Shown here: positions 1 through 8,399 of the stretch, one piece after another | Layout of the letters: every line of letters starts with the position of its first letter | Numbering within the stretch: position 1 is the first letter of the stretch | DNA from: an uncultured bacterium | GTDB lineage: Bacteria > Patescibacteriota > Minisyncoccia > Phycocordibacterales > UBA9973 | Length of the DNA stretch: 38,298 nt | Assembly (NCBI GenBank): GCA_903834665.1 | Contig: CAILJY010000053.1 | Span: forward strand, 1-38,298 | Direction of reading: 5' to 3' | Notes under the pieces: model-generated | What the model was told of the DNA's origin: nothing | The model's input: the letters and a program-made list of their open reading frames with translations, nothing else | Database searches by the model: none | Translations under genes and position numbers: made by a program

Positions 1-17
1 CGGGATCCATTTTTATT

Positions 18-2144
18 TTAAACCTTTGGCTTGAAGAAATCTTTATCAGCTTCTTTGATTGATAAATTTAATCTTCCTCTCTCATCTACTTTAATAATCT
101 TGATAGGAACTTTTACTCCCTCTTTAAGAATATCAGAAACTTTCTCAACACGGAATGGGGCAATTTCAGATATGTGGACAAGTCCTTCGGTATCGTGACC
201 AATACGAACGAATGCTCCAAAATCCATAATTTTTACAACTTCACCTTCAGCTGTTTCACCGACTTTATATTCATGAGTCATACTCTCAATTATCTTTATG
301 GCTTTATCTGCTCCACCATTTTTACCTGTTACTATTACAGTTCCATCTTCTTCAATTGTTATTTCCGTTTCTGTTTCTTCACGAATAGCATTTATGTTTT
401 TACCGCCTGGGCCAATAACCATTCCAATCTGATCCTTGTTTATTTTTGTTGTTAGAATTTCTGGTGCATTTGGAGATATAGATTCTCTTGGTTTTGGAAT
501 TTCTGCGACGATAGTTTCTATAATTTTTAGACGCGCAATACGGGCACGAACAAGAGCATCTTTTAATATGTGGACAGGGACACCATCAACCTTCACATCA
601 AGTTGTATCGCTGTGATTCCATTTGTTGTTCCTGCAACTTTGAAATCCATATCACCGTAATGATCTTCTGGTCCTTGAATATCAGAAAGTAGAACATATT
701 TATTTTTATCTTTTTGATCAATCATTAATCCGATTGAAATTCCAGCCACTGGGTTTTTTATTGGAACTCCTCCATCCATTAATGCGATTGTTGCGGCACA
801 TATAGAAGCTTGAGAAGTTGAACCATTTGAAGCAGTTGATTCAGATACAAGACGAATTGTATAAGGGAAAGATATTTTTTCTGGGATCACTGGAGTTAGA
901 GCTTTCTCGGCTAAAAATCCGTGACCCATTTCTCGGCGATTGGTTCCACCGACTCTTCCTGTCTCTCCACTTGAATATGGAGGGAAATTGTAATGATGCA
1001 TAAAACGTTTCTTGTAAGAAGATTCTATACTATCTATTGCATGCATTGATTCAGGACCATCAAGCGTTAAAAAAGATATCACATGTGTTTCACCGCGATA
1101 AAATATTCCTGACCCATGAAGAACTTCTGATATTCCTCCGGCTTTCGCTGATAATTTTCTTATCTCATCTAGTTTGCGTCCATCGGCTCGAGCATTTTCA
1201 TTTAAAGCTTTATTGTGAAACTCTAAATCTAAAAAATAATGCATATAATCAAGTGCTATATTTTTCTTTTCCTCATTATCTTCATCTTTGTATTTTATAT
1301 CGAGTATTTCTTTCCAGATAGATTCAGCATCAGTTATTACTTGCTTACTCTCATCACTAAATAGTCCTTTATCTAAAAGTGGTTTTATTTTTTCTCCAAA
1401 CAGTGAAACAACTTCATCTCCAGCGTCTAATTTAGAAAATGTTAATTTATTTTTACCAAATTCACTTCGTAATTTATTTTGGAAGTCTTCCCATTTGGTA
1501 ATTTCAACTACAGCCATGTCGAAACACTTACCCATTTCTTCTTCAGACAATTCGAAAGCCATTGATTCAATCATGTTGATTGTTTTATCTTTTCCACAAA
1601 CAAGAAGATCAAGATCATAAACATGTTCATCGGCATTTGGAATATAATCATTAACTTTTATCTCCTTATCATTTTTTGCTTTACTTATATGAACTGCTCC
1701 GACTGGTCCATTCCATGGAATATCAGACATAGATAAAGCGATAGAAGCAGCATTCACTCCTAAAGTTTTTGGGTCTGCTTTTCCTATTGCTAATACAGTT
1801 ACGATAACTTGAACAGCATTTTTTATATGATGATCAAAAAGTGGACGGATGGTACGATCTGTCATACGAGCAGCTAGTATTGCTTGGTCGCTTGGTCGGC
1901 CTTCTCTTTTGTTAAATTGACCACCTAAGATTTTTCCAGCAGCATAAAATTTTTCTAAATACTCAACTGTTAAGTTAAAAAAACCAGGATTACTTTTATC
2001 ATCTTTACTAATTACAGCAGTCGCCATAATTACAGTTCCTTCACTTTTTAATATAACTGAACCATTGGCTTGATCAGCCAAATCACTAAACATGGCAATA
2101 ATTTTTTTGCCACCAATCTCTACTTCATATTCTTTACTATTCAT
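18..2144 (-). CDS. pnp: polyribonucleotide nucleotidyltransferase (PNPase)
   Basis: 708-aa ORF with duplicated RNase PH-like halves, a KH region and a C-terminal S1 domain (GEVVKIMDFGAFVRI...GLVHISE). It lies downstream of rpsO, as in the conserved rpsO-pnp arrangement. Confidence 0.95.
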   Translation of the reverse strand: MNSKEYEVEIGGKKIIAMFSDLADQANGSVILKSEGTVIMATAVISKDDKSNPGFFNLTVEYLEKFYAAGKILGGQFNKREGRPSDQAILAARMTDRTIRPLFDHHIKNAVQVIVTVLAIGKADPKTLGVNAASIALSMSDIPWNGPVGAVHISKAKNDKEIKVNDYIPNADEHVYDLDLLVCGKDKTINMIESMAFELSEEEMGKCFDMAVVEITKWEDFQNKLRSEFGKNKLTFSKLDAGDEVVSLFGEKIKPLLDKGLFSDESKQVITDAESIWKEILDIKYKDEDNEEKKNIALDYMHYFLDLEFHNKALNENARADGRKLDEIRKLSAKAGGISEVLHGSGIFYRGETHVISFLTLDGPESMHAIDSIESSYKKRFMHHYNFPPYSSGETGRVGGTNRREMGHGFLAEKALTPVIPEKISFPYTIRLVSESTASNGSTSQASICAATIALMDGGVPIKNPVAGISIGLMIDQKDKNKYVLLSDIQGPEDHYGDMDFKVAGTTNGITAIQLDVKVDGVPVHILKDALVRARIARLKIIETIVAEIPKPRESISPNAPEILTTKINKDQIGMVIGPGGKNINAIREETETEITIEEDGTVIVTGKNGGADKAIKIIESMTHEYKVGETAEGEVVKIMDFGAFVRIGHDTEGLVHISEIAPFRVEKVSDILKEGVKVPIKIIKVDERGRLNLSIKEADKDFFKPKV

Positions 2145-2157
2145 ATATTTTAGTTAG

Positions 2158-2209
2158 TCTCCAGACTCTAGTTTTGAAACTTTTTGTTTCAACGCTAATT
2201 GTCCGGAGA
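2158..2209 (-). promoter_or_regulatory. long stem-loop in the pnp 5' leader
   Basis: TCTCCAGAC (2158-2166) pairs with GTCCGGAGA (2201-2209). The single non-Watson-Crick position is a G-U pair only in the minus-strand RNA. An inner GTTGAAAC/GTTTCAAAAC hairpin is present. The position, just upstream of the pnp ATG, resembles RNase III-processed pnp leaders. Confidence 0.35.
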
Positions 2210-2250
2210 TTAACGAATTAACATTATTAATAATCACATCATAGCAAAAA

Positions 2251-2282
2251 ACACCTCTTACCACAATTCCAGTAAGAGGTGT
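2251..2282. terminator. intrinsic terminator hairpin (bidirectional) after the NYN gene
   Basis: ACACCTCTTAC / GTAAGAGGTGT 11-bp stem flanked by an A-run and a T-run. Confidence 0.7.
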
Positions 2283-2292
2283 TTTTGTTTTA

Positions 2293-2799
2293 TTAGTAGA
2301 TTAAATATTTTCGATAATTATTTGAAAGATCCAAGAAATCATCAGCTTGTTCTTTTAATTTCATCGAAGCACTTTTACCAAAGGAAACAACTTCAACTTG
2401 AACGCCAGATGTACTTTGTAAATATTCTACAAGGGGGACAAAGTCTCCATCTCCAGCGACTAAAATTACAGCATCTAGTTTTGGGGCCATCTTCATAGCA
2501 TCCACCGCAAGTCCTACATCCCAGTCTCCTTTTTTTGCTCCTCCAGAAAAAATTTGTAAATCTTTTGTTCTTGTTTCTATTCCAAGTTTTGTTAAAGCAT
2601 CAAAAAAATTTTTCTCTTCACCTCCTTCACTTGTGATAACATAAGCAATCGCACGAACAAGTTTACGTCCCGCGACAGCATCTTTCAAAACAGCACCAAA
2701 ATTAACTTTTCTCTTATATAAATTTTTGGCGGAGTGATATAGATTTGACGTATCTATGAAGACCCCGACTCTTTGCTCTTTGTGTTTTATTACACTCAT
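2293..2799 (-). CDS. NYN/LabA-like (PIN-related) domain protein
   Basis: Motifs VGVFIDTSNLYHS and ILVAGDGDFVPLVEYL are typical of the NYN/LabA family. The start was moved to the internal MSVIKHK Met; the 16 codons upstream look like read-through. Confidence 0.8.
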   Translation of the reverse strand: MSVIKHKEQRVGVFIDTSNLYHSAKNLYKRKVNFGAVLKDAVAGRKLVRAIAYVITSEGGEEKNFFDALTKLGIETRTKDLQIFSGGAKKGDWDVGLAVDAMKMAPKLDAVILVAGDGDFVPLVEYLQSTSGVQVEVVSFGKSASMKLKEQADDFLDLSNNYRKYLIY

Positions 2800-2888
2800 A
2801 ATATATAAATTTTTTATTAATATTAAAAATAAATTTTCATGAAACAATCGACCTTTTTAAAGTATACAACAGTTTAAAAAACAAAACA

Positions 2889-2905
2889 CCCGACTTGTGG
2901 TCGGG
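2889..2905 (-). terminator. rpsO terminator hairpin
   Basis: CCCGAC/GTCGGG stem followed on the minus strand by a U-rich tract, immediately after the rpsO stop. Confidence 0.65.
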
Positions 2906-2911
2906 ATTTTG

Positions 2912-3181
2912 TTAAGCTTTAATTTTTTTAGTTTCAGTTTCGAATCGTGTTTTGTCTGTTTTTTCTAAATGCTTAAGGTGGTTTCTGCGATCAGCTACCA
3001 TCTTTATTAAACCACGACGAGAACTGTTATCTTTTTTGTGTTCTTTTAAATGACCTGCAAGCTCATCGATTCTTTTACTTAAAATAGCGATCTGTACTTC
3101 AGGACTTCCAGTATCTTTATCATGTAACTGGTTTTTCTTTATAATATTTTGCTTTTTCTTTGTTGTTAACATTGTGGACAT
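2912..3181 (-). CDS. rpsO: 30S ribosomal protein S15
   Basis: 89 aa; [39 protein letters not shown] is the S15 signature region. Confidence 0.95.
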   Translation of the reverse strand: MSTMLTTKKKQNIIKKNQLHDKDTGSPEVQIAILSKRIDELAGHLKEHKKDNSSRRGLIKMVADRRNHLKHLEKTDKTRFETETKKIKA

Positions 3182-3358
3182 ATATTAGCATAAAATGTTA
3201 AAAAATGCAAGGCCCCTTGTAAGGACTCCTTAAAAATAGAATTTAAATTCTTTTTGTACTTTTTATTGATTAACTTGTAATTGTATCAATTAAGTTATCC
3301 ACTTTTTTATTACTAACTTTACTTGACTAAAGTTCTTTAGTTTGATAAAGTAAGATAT

Positions 3359-3703
3359 ATGAAGGATATTGATGAAAAAACGATAGAATTAGACTGGAAC
3401 ACAAAAGAAAATACACAACTTTTGGAAGCGTTTTTAGTTCTTAAAAACAAAGATGAAACAGAGCGTTTTTTGCGTGATCTTATGACAATGGGTGAAATTG
3501 AAGAATTTGCCAGAAGGCTTGAGGCTGCTCGTTTGCTTGCTCGTAGTGTTCAATACTGTGAAATTATAGAAAAAACTGGTTTATCTTCTACTACTATTGC
3601 CCGTATTTCAAAATGGCTCCGAGGCCCACTCGGTGGATATCGTTTAATTTTAAATAATCTACATCATCACAACTCTTCAAAATTTGAGAAAGGATTGTCT
3701 TGA
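3359..3703 (+). CDS. TrpR-like / YerC-YecD family DNA-binding protein
   Basis: 114 aa; ERFLRDLMT..EIEEFARRLEAARLL.....GLSSTTIARISKWL matches the Trp-repressor-related fold family. Confidence 0.75.
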   Translation: MKDIDEKTIELDWNTKENTQLLEAFLVLKNKDETERFLRDLMTMGEIEEFARRLEAARLLARSVQYCEIIEKTGLSSTTIARISKWLRGPLGGYRLILNNLHHHNSSKFEKGLS

Positions 3704-3735
3704 TTTGTAATACTAATTTTATATATAAAGAAAAC

Positions 3736-3758
3736 CCCTTCTCAAACTTAAAGAAGGG
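3736..3758 (+). terminator. putative terminator hairpin
   Basis: CCCTTCT/AGAAGGG stem followed by T-rich sequence. Confidence 0.5.
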
Positions 3759-3785
3759 TATTATTTATTAAATTTATATAAAACT

Positions 3786-4322
3786 ATGGAAATAAAAAGA
3801 AAAATTCAAATAGGTGTTATGGGGTCAGCTCGTGATCTTGGTTATAAAGAGGATATGGCAATTCTTGCAGAGGAAGTAGGTTTTTATATTGCACAAGCAG
3901 GAGCCACCTTAGTCTTTGGTGCAGAAAAAGATTGTGATTCACTTTCTACTTCTGCTTGTCGTGGGGCGAAAGAAAATGGAGGTTTGACGGTGGGTGTTAC
4001 TTACGGCAAAGGAAAAGACATCTATGATAAAGAAATAGCAGATATTGTTATTGTTAGTGGGCTTGAAAGAGGTGGTGGAAGAGAGATGGTCCTTGTACTT
4101 AGTTGTGACGGGATTATCACAATTGGGGGAGGATCAGGAACTCTTACCGAAATGGCTATTGCTTATCAAGCAAATATTCCAATCGTTGCAATTAAAAATA
4201 CTGGTGGTTGGAGTGATAAATTAGTTGATCAATATTTAGATGAAAGAAAAAGATTTAAAATTAAGAAAGCAAAGACCCCCAAAGAAGCCGTTCGTTTGAT
4301 ATTGAAATTAATAGGAAAATAA
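3786..4322 (+). CDS. LOG/SLOG-family (TIGR00725-like) protein
   Basis: Rossmann-like; GVMGSAR... and ITIGGGSGTLTEMAIAY resemble the PGGxGTxxE motif of LOG/lysine-decarboxylase-like proteins. Confidence 0.75.
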   Translation: MEIKRKIQIGVMGSARDLGYKEDMAILAEEVGFYIAQAGATLVFGAEKDCDSLSTSACRGAKENGGLTVGVTYGKGKDIYDKEIADIVIVSGLERGGGREMVLVLSCDGIITIGGGSGTLTEMAIAYQANIPIVAIKNTGGWSDKLVDQYLDERKRFKIKKAKTPKEAVRLILKLIGK

Positions 4323-4412
4323 AATTATGAATAACAAATACTACTTTATTAGCCACCATACAAATCTTTTTTTAGAAGAGGTTTGTTGTAGTTAGTTTTT
4401 TACTATACGAAA

Positions 4413-4433
4413 AACCTCTTCTCGAAAGAGGTT
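4413..4433 (+). terminator. intrinsic terminator
   Basis: AACCTCTT/AAGAGGTT stem followed by TTTCTTTT. Confidence 0.7.
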
Positions 4434-4483
4434 TTTCTTTTGGGGAGTTATAAATAGTTCTTTAACATTTAATTAAAATTAAA

Positions 4484-5347
4484 ATGAAAACAAAAACTTA
4501 TGTTGTATCAGCAGATATTTATCTGCTCCTTACTAAATGGGCAAAAGAAAGAAATTTTATTTTACCAGGGAAAGAATTCTTTGAGAATTTAAGGAAAGAA
4601 TTTTCTATTTATATGTCTAAAATTTTTTCAAATTTTGAATTAGTTTCAGAAAATGAAATTATGAAGCATATACAAAAGGTTATTACAGAATCTAGTATTC
4701 TTTGTGTAACACTCGATCAGATCTACTTTCCATCAGATTATTCTATAGAACTCACTAGAAAAGTGGATTTAAATGGAATAGATAGAGGACTTTATTCTCG
4801 TTTTGATAGCCTTTTATTTTTAAAACAACTGAGTAATTTAAAATCTAAAGGAATTAAGGAAATTTGTTTGATTGATGATGTTATTTTTTCCGGAATTCTT
4901 ATTGGGAGATTGGTTAAAATACTTTCAAATTTTGGAATAACTGTTTCGACTGTTTATGCAGGGATAGGAATCCAAAAAGGAATAGATCATATCTCAAAAA
5001 ATGGAAAGATTAAAATTGATTGCGCAAAAGTTTACTCTGAGGTTATAGATGAAGTTTGTGAGAGAGACTTTTATCTTGGGATACCTTATTCTGGGAGGTC
5101 ACTGGTTGGAGATAACAATATGAGTCTCCCCTATTTTCTCCCGTATGGAAATCCTTTAGCCTGGGCTTCTATTCCTTCTCCTTTTGAAATTGAATTTTCG
5201 AAATTTTGTATTAAACAAACAATTTTATTATTTGAAGAAATTGAAAAAATATCAAATAAAAAAGTTTGTTGTTCTGATATAAAAAGAAGAATTCCAAATC
5301 AGTCATTTAATGGTGATTATGTAAGTTTTTTGAAAAATATTATTTAA
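4484..5347 (+). CDS. hypothetical protein with phosphoribosyltransferase-like PRPP-loop motif
   Basis: 287 aa; EICLIDDVIFSGILIGRLV resembles the type I PRTase acidic-hydrophobic PRPP-binding loop. The rest is unrecognised. Confidence 0.45.
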   Translation: MKTKTYVVSADIYLLLTKWAKERNFILPGKEFFENLRKEFSIYMSKIFSNFELVSENEIMKHIQKVITESSILCVTLDQIYFPSDYSIELTRKVDLNGIDRGLYSRFDSLLFLKQLSNLKSKGIKEICLIDDVIFSGILIGRLVKILSNFGITVSTVYAGIGIQKGIDHISKNGKIKIDCAKVYSEVIDEVCERDFYLGIPYSGRSLVGDNNMSLPYFLPYGNPLAWASIPSPFEIEFSKFCIKQTILLFEEIEKISNKKVCCSDIKRRIPNQSFNGDYVSFLKNII

Positions 5348-5355
5348 TTTATTAA

Positions 5356-5376
5356 AACCTCAGACAATCTGAGGTT
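5356..5376 (+). terminator. intrinsic terminator
   Basis: AACCTCAG/CTGAGGTT stem plus a T-run. Confidence 0.75.
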
Positions 5377-5435
5377 TTTTATTTTATTATATAGGTAGGT
5401 ATTGATATTTTGTGATACAATTATTGTGCGACATT

Positions 5436-6371
5436 ATGGCAACAGAACTTGAACAACTAAAAAGAGAATTTCTTGAGCATGTTGAGATTGAGAAAGGAAA
5501 TAGTCTAAAGACGGTAAATAATTATGATCATTATTTAACTCGTTTTTTTGAATTTGCCAAAATAGCCGACCCAAAAGAAATAACTGATGATAAGATTAGA
5601 GAGTTTCGTCTTTACCTCAACCGCCAACCTGGGGTTAAAACCAAGGGTCAGCAAGCAGGGACTTTAAAAAAGAATACACAAAATTATCATTTGATTGCTC
5701 TTCGATCATTTTTGAAATATTTAATGAAACGTGGGATTACAGCTCTTTCTCCAGAGCGGATTGATTTGGCTAAGATAAAAGAACGTTCGCTTGATTTGAT
5801 TTCTACTGACGAACTTAATAGACTTCTCTGTGCTCCTCTTACCTTAGCAGTTACTGATAAAAAGTTTGATAAACAAAAAAGACTTCGCGACAAAGCTATA
5901 CTTGAACTTTTCTTTTCAACAGGTTTACGTTTATCTGAACTTTGTTCTATCAATCGTGATTTAGATTTATCTAAAGATGAATTTTCTATCCGTGGTAAGG
6001 GCGAGAAAGTTCGTGTTGTTTTTCTTTCAGATAATGCTAAAGAGGCAATAAAAGAATATCTTAAAAATAGAAAAGATATGGATGAGCCATTGTTTATTCA
6101 ATATTCTCGAAATGGAGCCAAGGGTAACCGCCTCACTCCCCGCTCAATAGAAAGAATTGTAAAATATTACGCTATTGTTGCTGGGATTTCTAAAAAAGTT
6201 ACTCCGCATATTATTCGGCACTCTTTTGCGACTGATTTACTTTCAAATGGAGCGGATATCCGTTCTGTTCAAATGATGCTCGGCCATGCCAACATCGCTA
6301 CTACTCAGATATATACGCATATTACAGACAAGCAACTACGAGACGTGCATAAAAAGTTTCATTCCAAATAA
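5436..6371 (+). CDS. tyrosine site-specific recombinase, XerC/XerD-like
   Basis: N-terminal SAM-like domain. The C-terminal catalytic region has RLSEL, HIIRHSFATDLL, LGHANIATTQIYTH (R-H-R-Y). The start is set at ATG 5436; the ORF track starts at an upstream GTG. Confidence 0.9.
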   Translation: MATELEQLKREFLEHVEIEKGNSLKTVNNYDHYLTRFFEFAKIADPKEITDDKIREFRLYLNRQPGVKTKGQQAGTLKKNTQNYHLIALRSFLKYLMKRGITALSPERIDLAKIKERSLDLISTDELNRLLCAPLTLAVTDKKFDKQKRLRDKAILELFFSTGLRLSELCSINRDLDLSKDEFSIRGKGEKVRVVFLSDNAKEAIKEYLKNRKDMDEPLFIQYSRNGAKGNRLTPRSIERIVKYYAIVAGISKKVTPHIIRHSFATDLLSNGADIRSVQMMLGHANIATTQIYTHITDKQLRDVHKKFHSK

Positions 6372-6497
6372 ACACTTCATAAAAAAATTCTCGGACTCAC
6401 CACACATAAATTTCTGCTGAGATTTTGCTCTGCTCGCGCCGACGCGCTGCGCAAGGGTTAGCTCGAGAACATTTTCATTTCGTGTTAAAATACATTT

Positions 6498-7301
6498 ATG
6501 AAAATAATTTCTTGGAATACAAATGGATTAAGAGCGACAGCAAAACAGGGATATTTTACTCCCCTTTTCTCTTTTAATAATCCTGCCTCGACTGGCGCGA
6601 GTCAAGGCGGGCCTGATATAGTTTGTTTCCAAGAAACAAAAGTTGAGCCAGATCAGCTCCCTTTGGATATTCGTAATTTAAAAGGTTATAATTCATATTT
6701 TTCATATTCCAAACTTAGAAAGGGTTATAGTGGTGTGGCTATTTATTCTAAAGAAATTCCAGAAAAGGTTGAATATGGTATCGGGATTAAAGAATTTGAT
6801 GATGAGGGGCGCTTGATTATCGCTTATTATAAAAAATTTGTTTTGATAAATTGTTATTTTCCTAATGCGGGGATGAGCCCAGAGAGATTGAAATACAAAT
6901 TAGAATTTTATGATGCTTTTCTATCGTTTATAAATAAATTAAAGAAACAAAATAAAGATGTTATTTTTTGCGGAGATGTAAACACGGCTCATGAAGCGAT
7001 AGACCTCGCTCGACCAAAAGCAAATGAAGAAAATACAGGCTTCCTCCCTATCGAACGTGCCTGGATAGATGAAGTTGTAAATAATGGGTGGGTAGATATT
7101 TTTCGAACTTTAAATAAAGATAAAAAAGATGTTTACACTTATTGGGATATGAAAACTCGTGCCCGCGATCGTAATGTCGGCTGGCGTATCGATTATTTTT
7201 TTACCAATCAATCTTTTATGAAAAATATAAAAGGTTTCAAAACATTATCTGATTATTATGGCTCTGATCACTGCCCAATAATGATTGACTTATCATTATA
7301 A
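6498..7301 (+). CDS. xth: exodeoxyribonuclease III
   Basis: MKIISWNTNGLRA, CFQETK, YSGVAIYSK, WRIDYFF, SDHCPI are ExoIII/EEP signatures. Confidence 0.9.
   Translation: MKIISWNTNGLRATAKQGYFTPLFSFNNPASTGASQGGPDIVCFQETKVEPDQLPLDIRNLKGYNSYFSYSKLRKGYSGVAIYSKEIPEKVEYGIGIKEFDDEGRLIIAYYKKFVLINCYFPNAGMSPERLKYKLEFYDAFLSFINKLKKQNKDVIFCGDVNTAHEAIDLARPKANEENTGFLPIERAWIDEVVNNGWVDIFRTLNKDKKDVYTYWDMKTRARDRNVGWRIDYFFTNQSFMKNIKGFKTLSDYYGSDHCPIMIDLSL
6582..6615. repeat. GC-rich palindromic element CCTGCC-N18-GGCGGGCC, in-frame inside xth
   Basis: Same end sequences and the same 18-nt spacing as the element at 11392-11424 inside cca. It encodes the extra PASTGASQGGP segment. Confidence 0.5.
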
Positions 7302-7319
7302 TGACGATAGAATATAAAT

Positions 7320-7447
7320 CTTCTCAAGGAGTAGGTTTTACACCGAACAACGAGGCGTGAGAATACGCCTACAATTATTCTCTTTAGAATAAAGAGACCT
7401 TGAGGTAAAATATTTTGAGACCAATTTTCGGATTGGTCTTATTTTTT
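7320..7447 (+). ncRNA. candidate structured RNA plus intrinsic terminator (class unknown)
   Basis: CTCAAGG (7323-7329) pairs with CCTTGAG (7398-7404). This stem encloses hairpins AGGCGT..ACGCCT and TCTCTTT..AAAGAGA, followed by terminator AGACCAAT-TTTCGG-ATTGGTCT plus a T-run. Confidence 0.3.
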
Positions 7448-7631
7448 AAATAAAATAAGAGAATTGACTATTAATATCGTTTATACTATATTTAAACCAA
7501 TATAATTCTTTGAAATCGAGTAGAAATTTAGAAAAGAGAACCTAGGAGGATCTCTCGTTGTTGACATCTTTTAGAAGAGGTTATATTTGTAATTTGTAGT
7601 CTTTATTCATTTTTATTAAAAATGCAATGAT

Positions 7632-8183
7632 ATGAAAAAGATGATGTTATTTTTATTTGCGGTCTTTGTTTATTGCTATTCTCTCGCGGCGCAGTTGTTG
7701 CCGATTCCAGTTCTGGGTAATCAACAGAAGGTGTATTATCCAAACTTTAAGGTTGCAGGCACGGCTATATACTTAATATCCGATTTGCGGACAGAAAGAG
7801 GGGCACCCGAAAGAGAGCTCTTTAATAATATCGCGATGTTAACTTCCAGTGAAGGATTGAAAAATGGTAACAGTGAACTGGATTTCAATTCTTTGAATAA
7901 TTCTTTGAAAAATGCGAGTTTGACCACAGCTGATCCCCTAAACCGGTGGATAGAAAGAGAGGCACCTAAAACGGAGTCTTTTGCCTCTGTTTTAACTTCC
8001 TGCCTACAAGAAGGATTAGATTACAGAAATAGCTGGTCTAATTTTTGTGGAGAATCTTTTTTTGAAAATTCAAGTTCACTACAGATTGTTGCTTCTGGCA
8101 GAGGGCCTATTACGGTTTTAAAGGAACCAGTTGCATCACCTCCTTTTGTCGTGATCCGAACTTACACCTTCTACCTCACTTAA
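7632..8183 (+). CDS. secreted hypothetical protein (signal peptide), GC-elevated
   Basis: N-terminal MKKMMLFLFAVFVYCYSLAAQ signal-like segment. Sampled GC is about 50%, against about 25-30% in the flanks. Confidence 0.6.
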   Translation: MKKMMLFLFAVFVYCYSLAAQLLPIPVLGNQQKVYYPNFKVAGTAIYLISDLRTERGAPERELFNNIAMLTSSEGLKNGNSELDFNSLNNSLKNASLTTADPLNRWIEREAPKTESFASVLTSCLQEGLDYRNSWSNFCGESFFENSSSLQIVASGRGPITVLKEPVASPPFVVIRTYTFYLT

Positions 8184-8250
8184 ATAATCCTTACGTTGGC
8201 GCAACGTATACAAAAGCGCCTAAGTGAATTGTACATAATTGATTTTTTAA

Positions 8251-8280
8251 AAACCGTTCCCAATTTTTTGTGGACGGTTT
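8251..8280 (+). terminator. putative intrinsic terminator
   Basis: AAACCGT(T)CC / GGACGGTTT stem with one bulge, followed by a T-run. Confidence 0.55.
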
Positions 8281-8399
8281 TTTTAATTCCATTTTTATCT
8301 CTACAAAAAACAATGAATCTAGATACAATATTTTATATTATGGTTAGTTATTAAGTTTTAATTTTTAAAATAGCATTATATTGTATATAATAGTTTTAT

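Noticed and set aside
174-1620. Five + strand ORFs (61-110 aa) inside the pnp region.
   Set aside because: They are entirely antisense to a full-length, motif-rich PNPase gene. Their translations are low-complexity Phe/Ser/Leu-rich sequences typical of shadow ORFs in AT-rich DNA.
5436-6371. The tyrosine recombinase as the island's integrase.
   Set aside because: It lies 17 kb from the island, has backbone-like composition and Xer-type motifs, and is not next to any att-like repeat. It is most likely the housekeeping XerC/D.
6420-6470. GC-rich patch (GCTCGCGCCGACGCGCTGCGCAAGGG) upstream of xth as a small RNA or another CCTGCC element.
   Set aside because: It lacks the CCTGCC/GGCGGG ends. Only short imperfect pairings are seen, which is insufficient evidence for a discrete feature.
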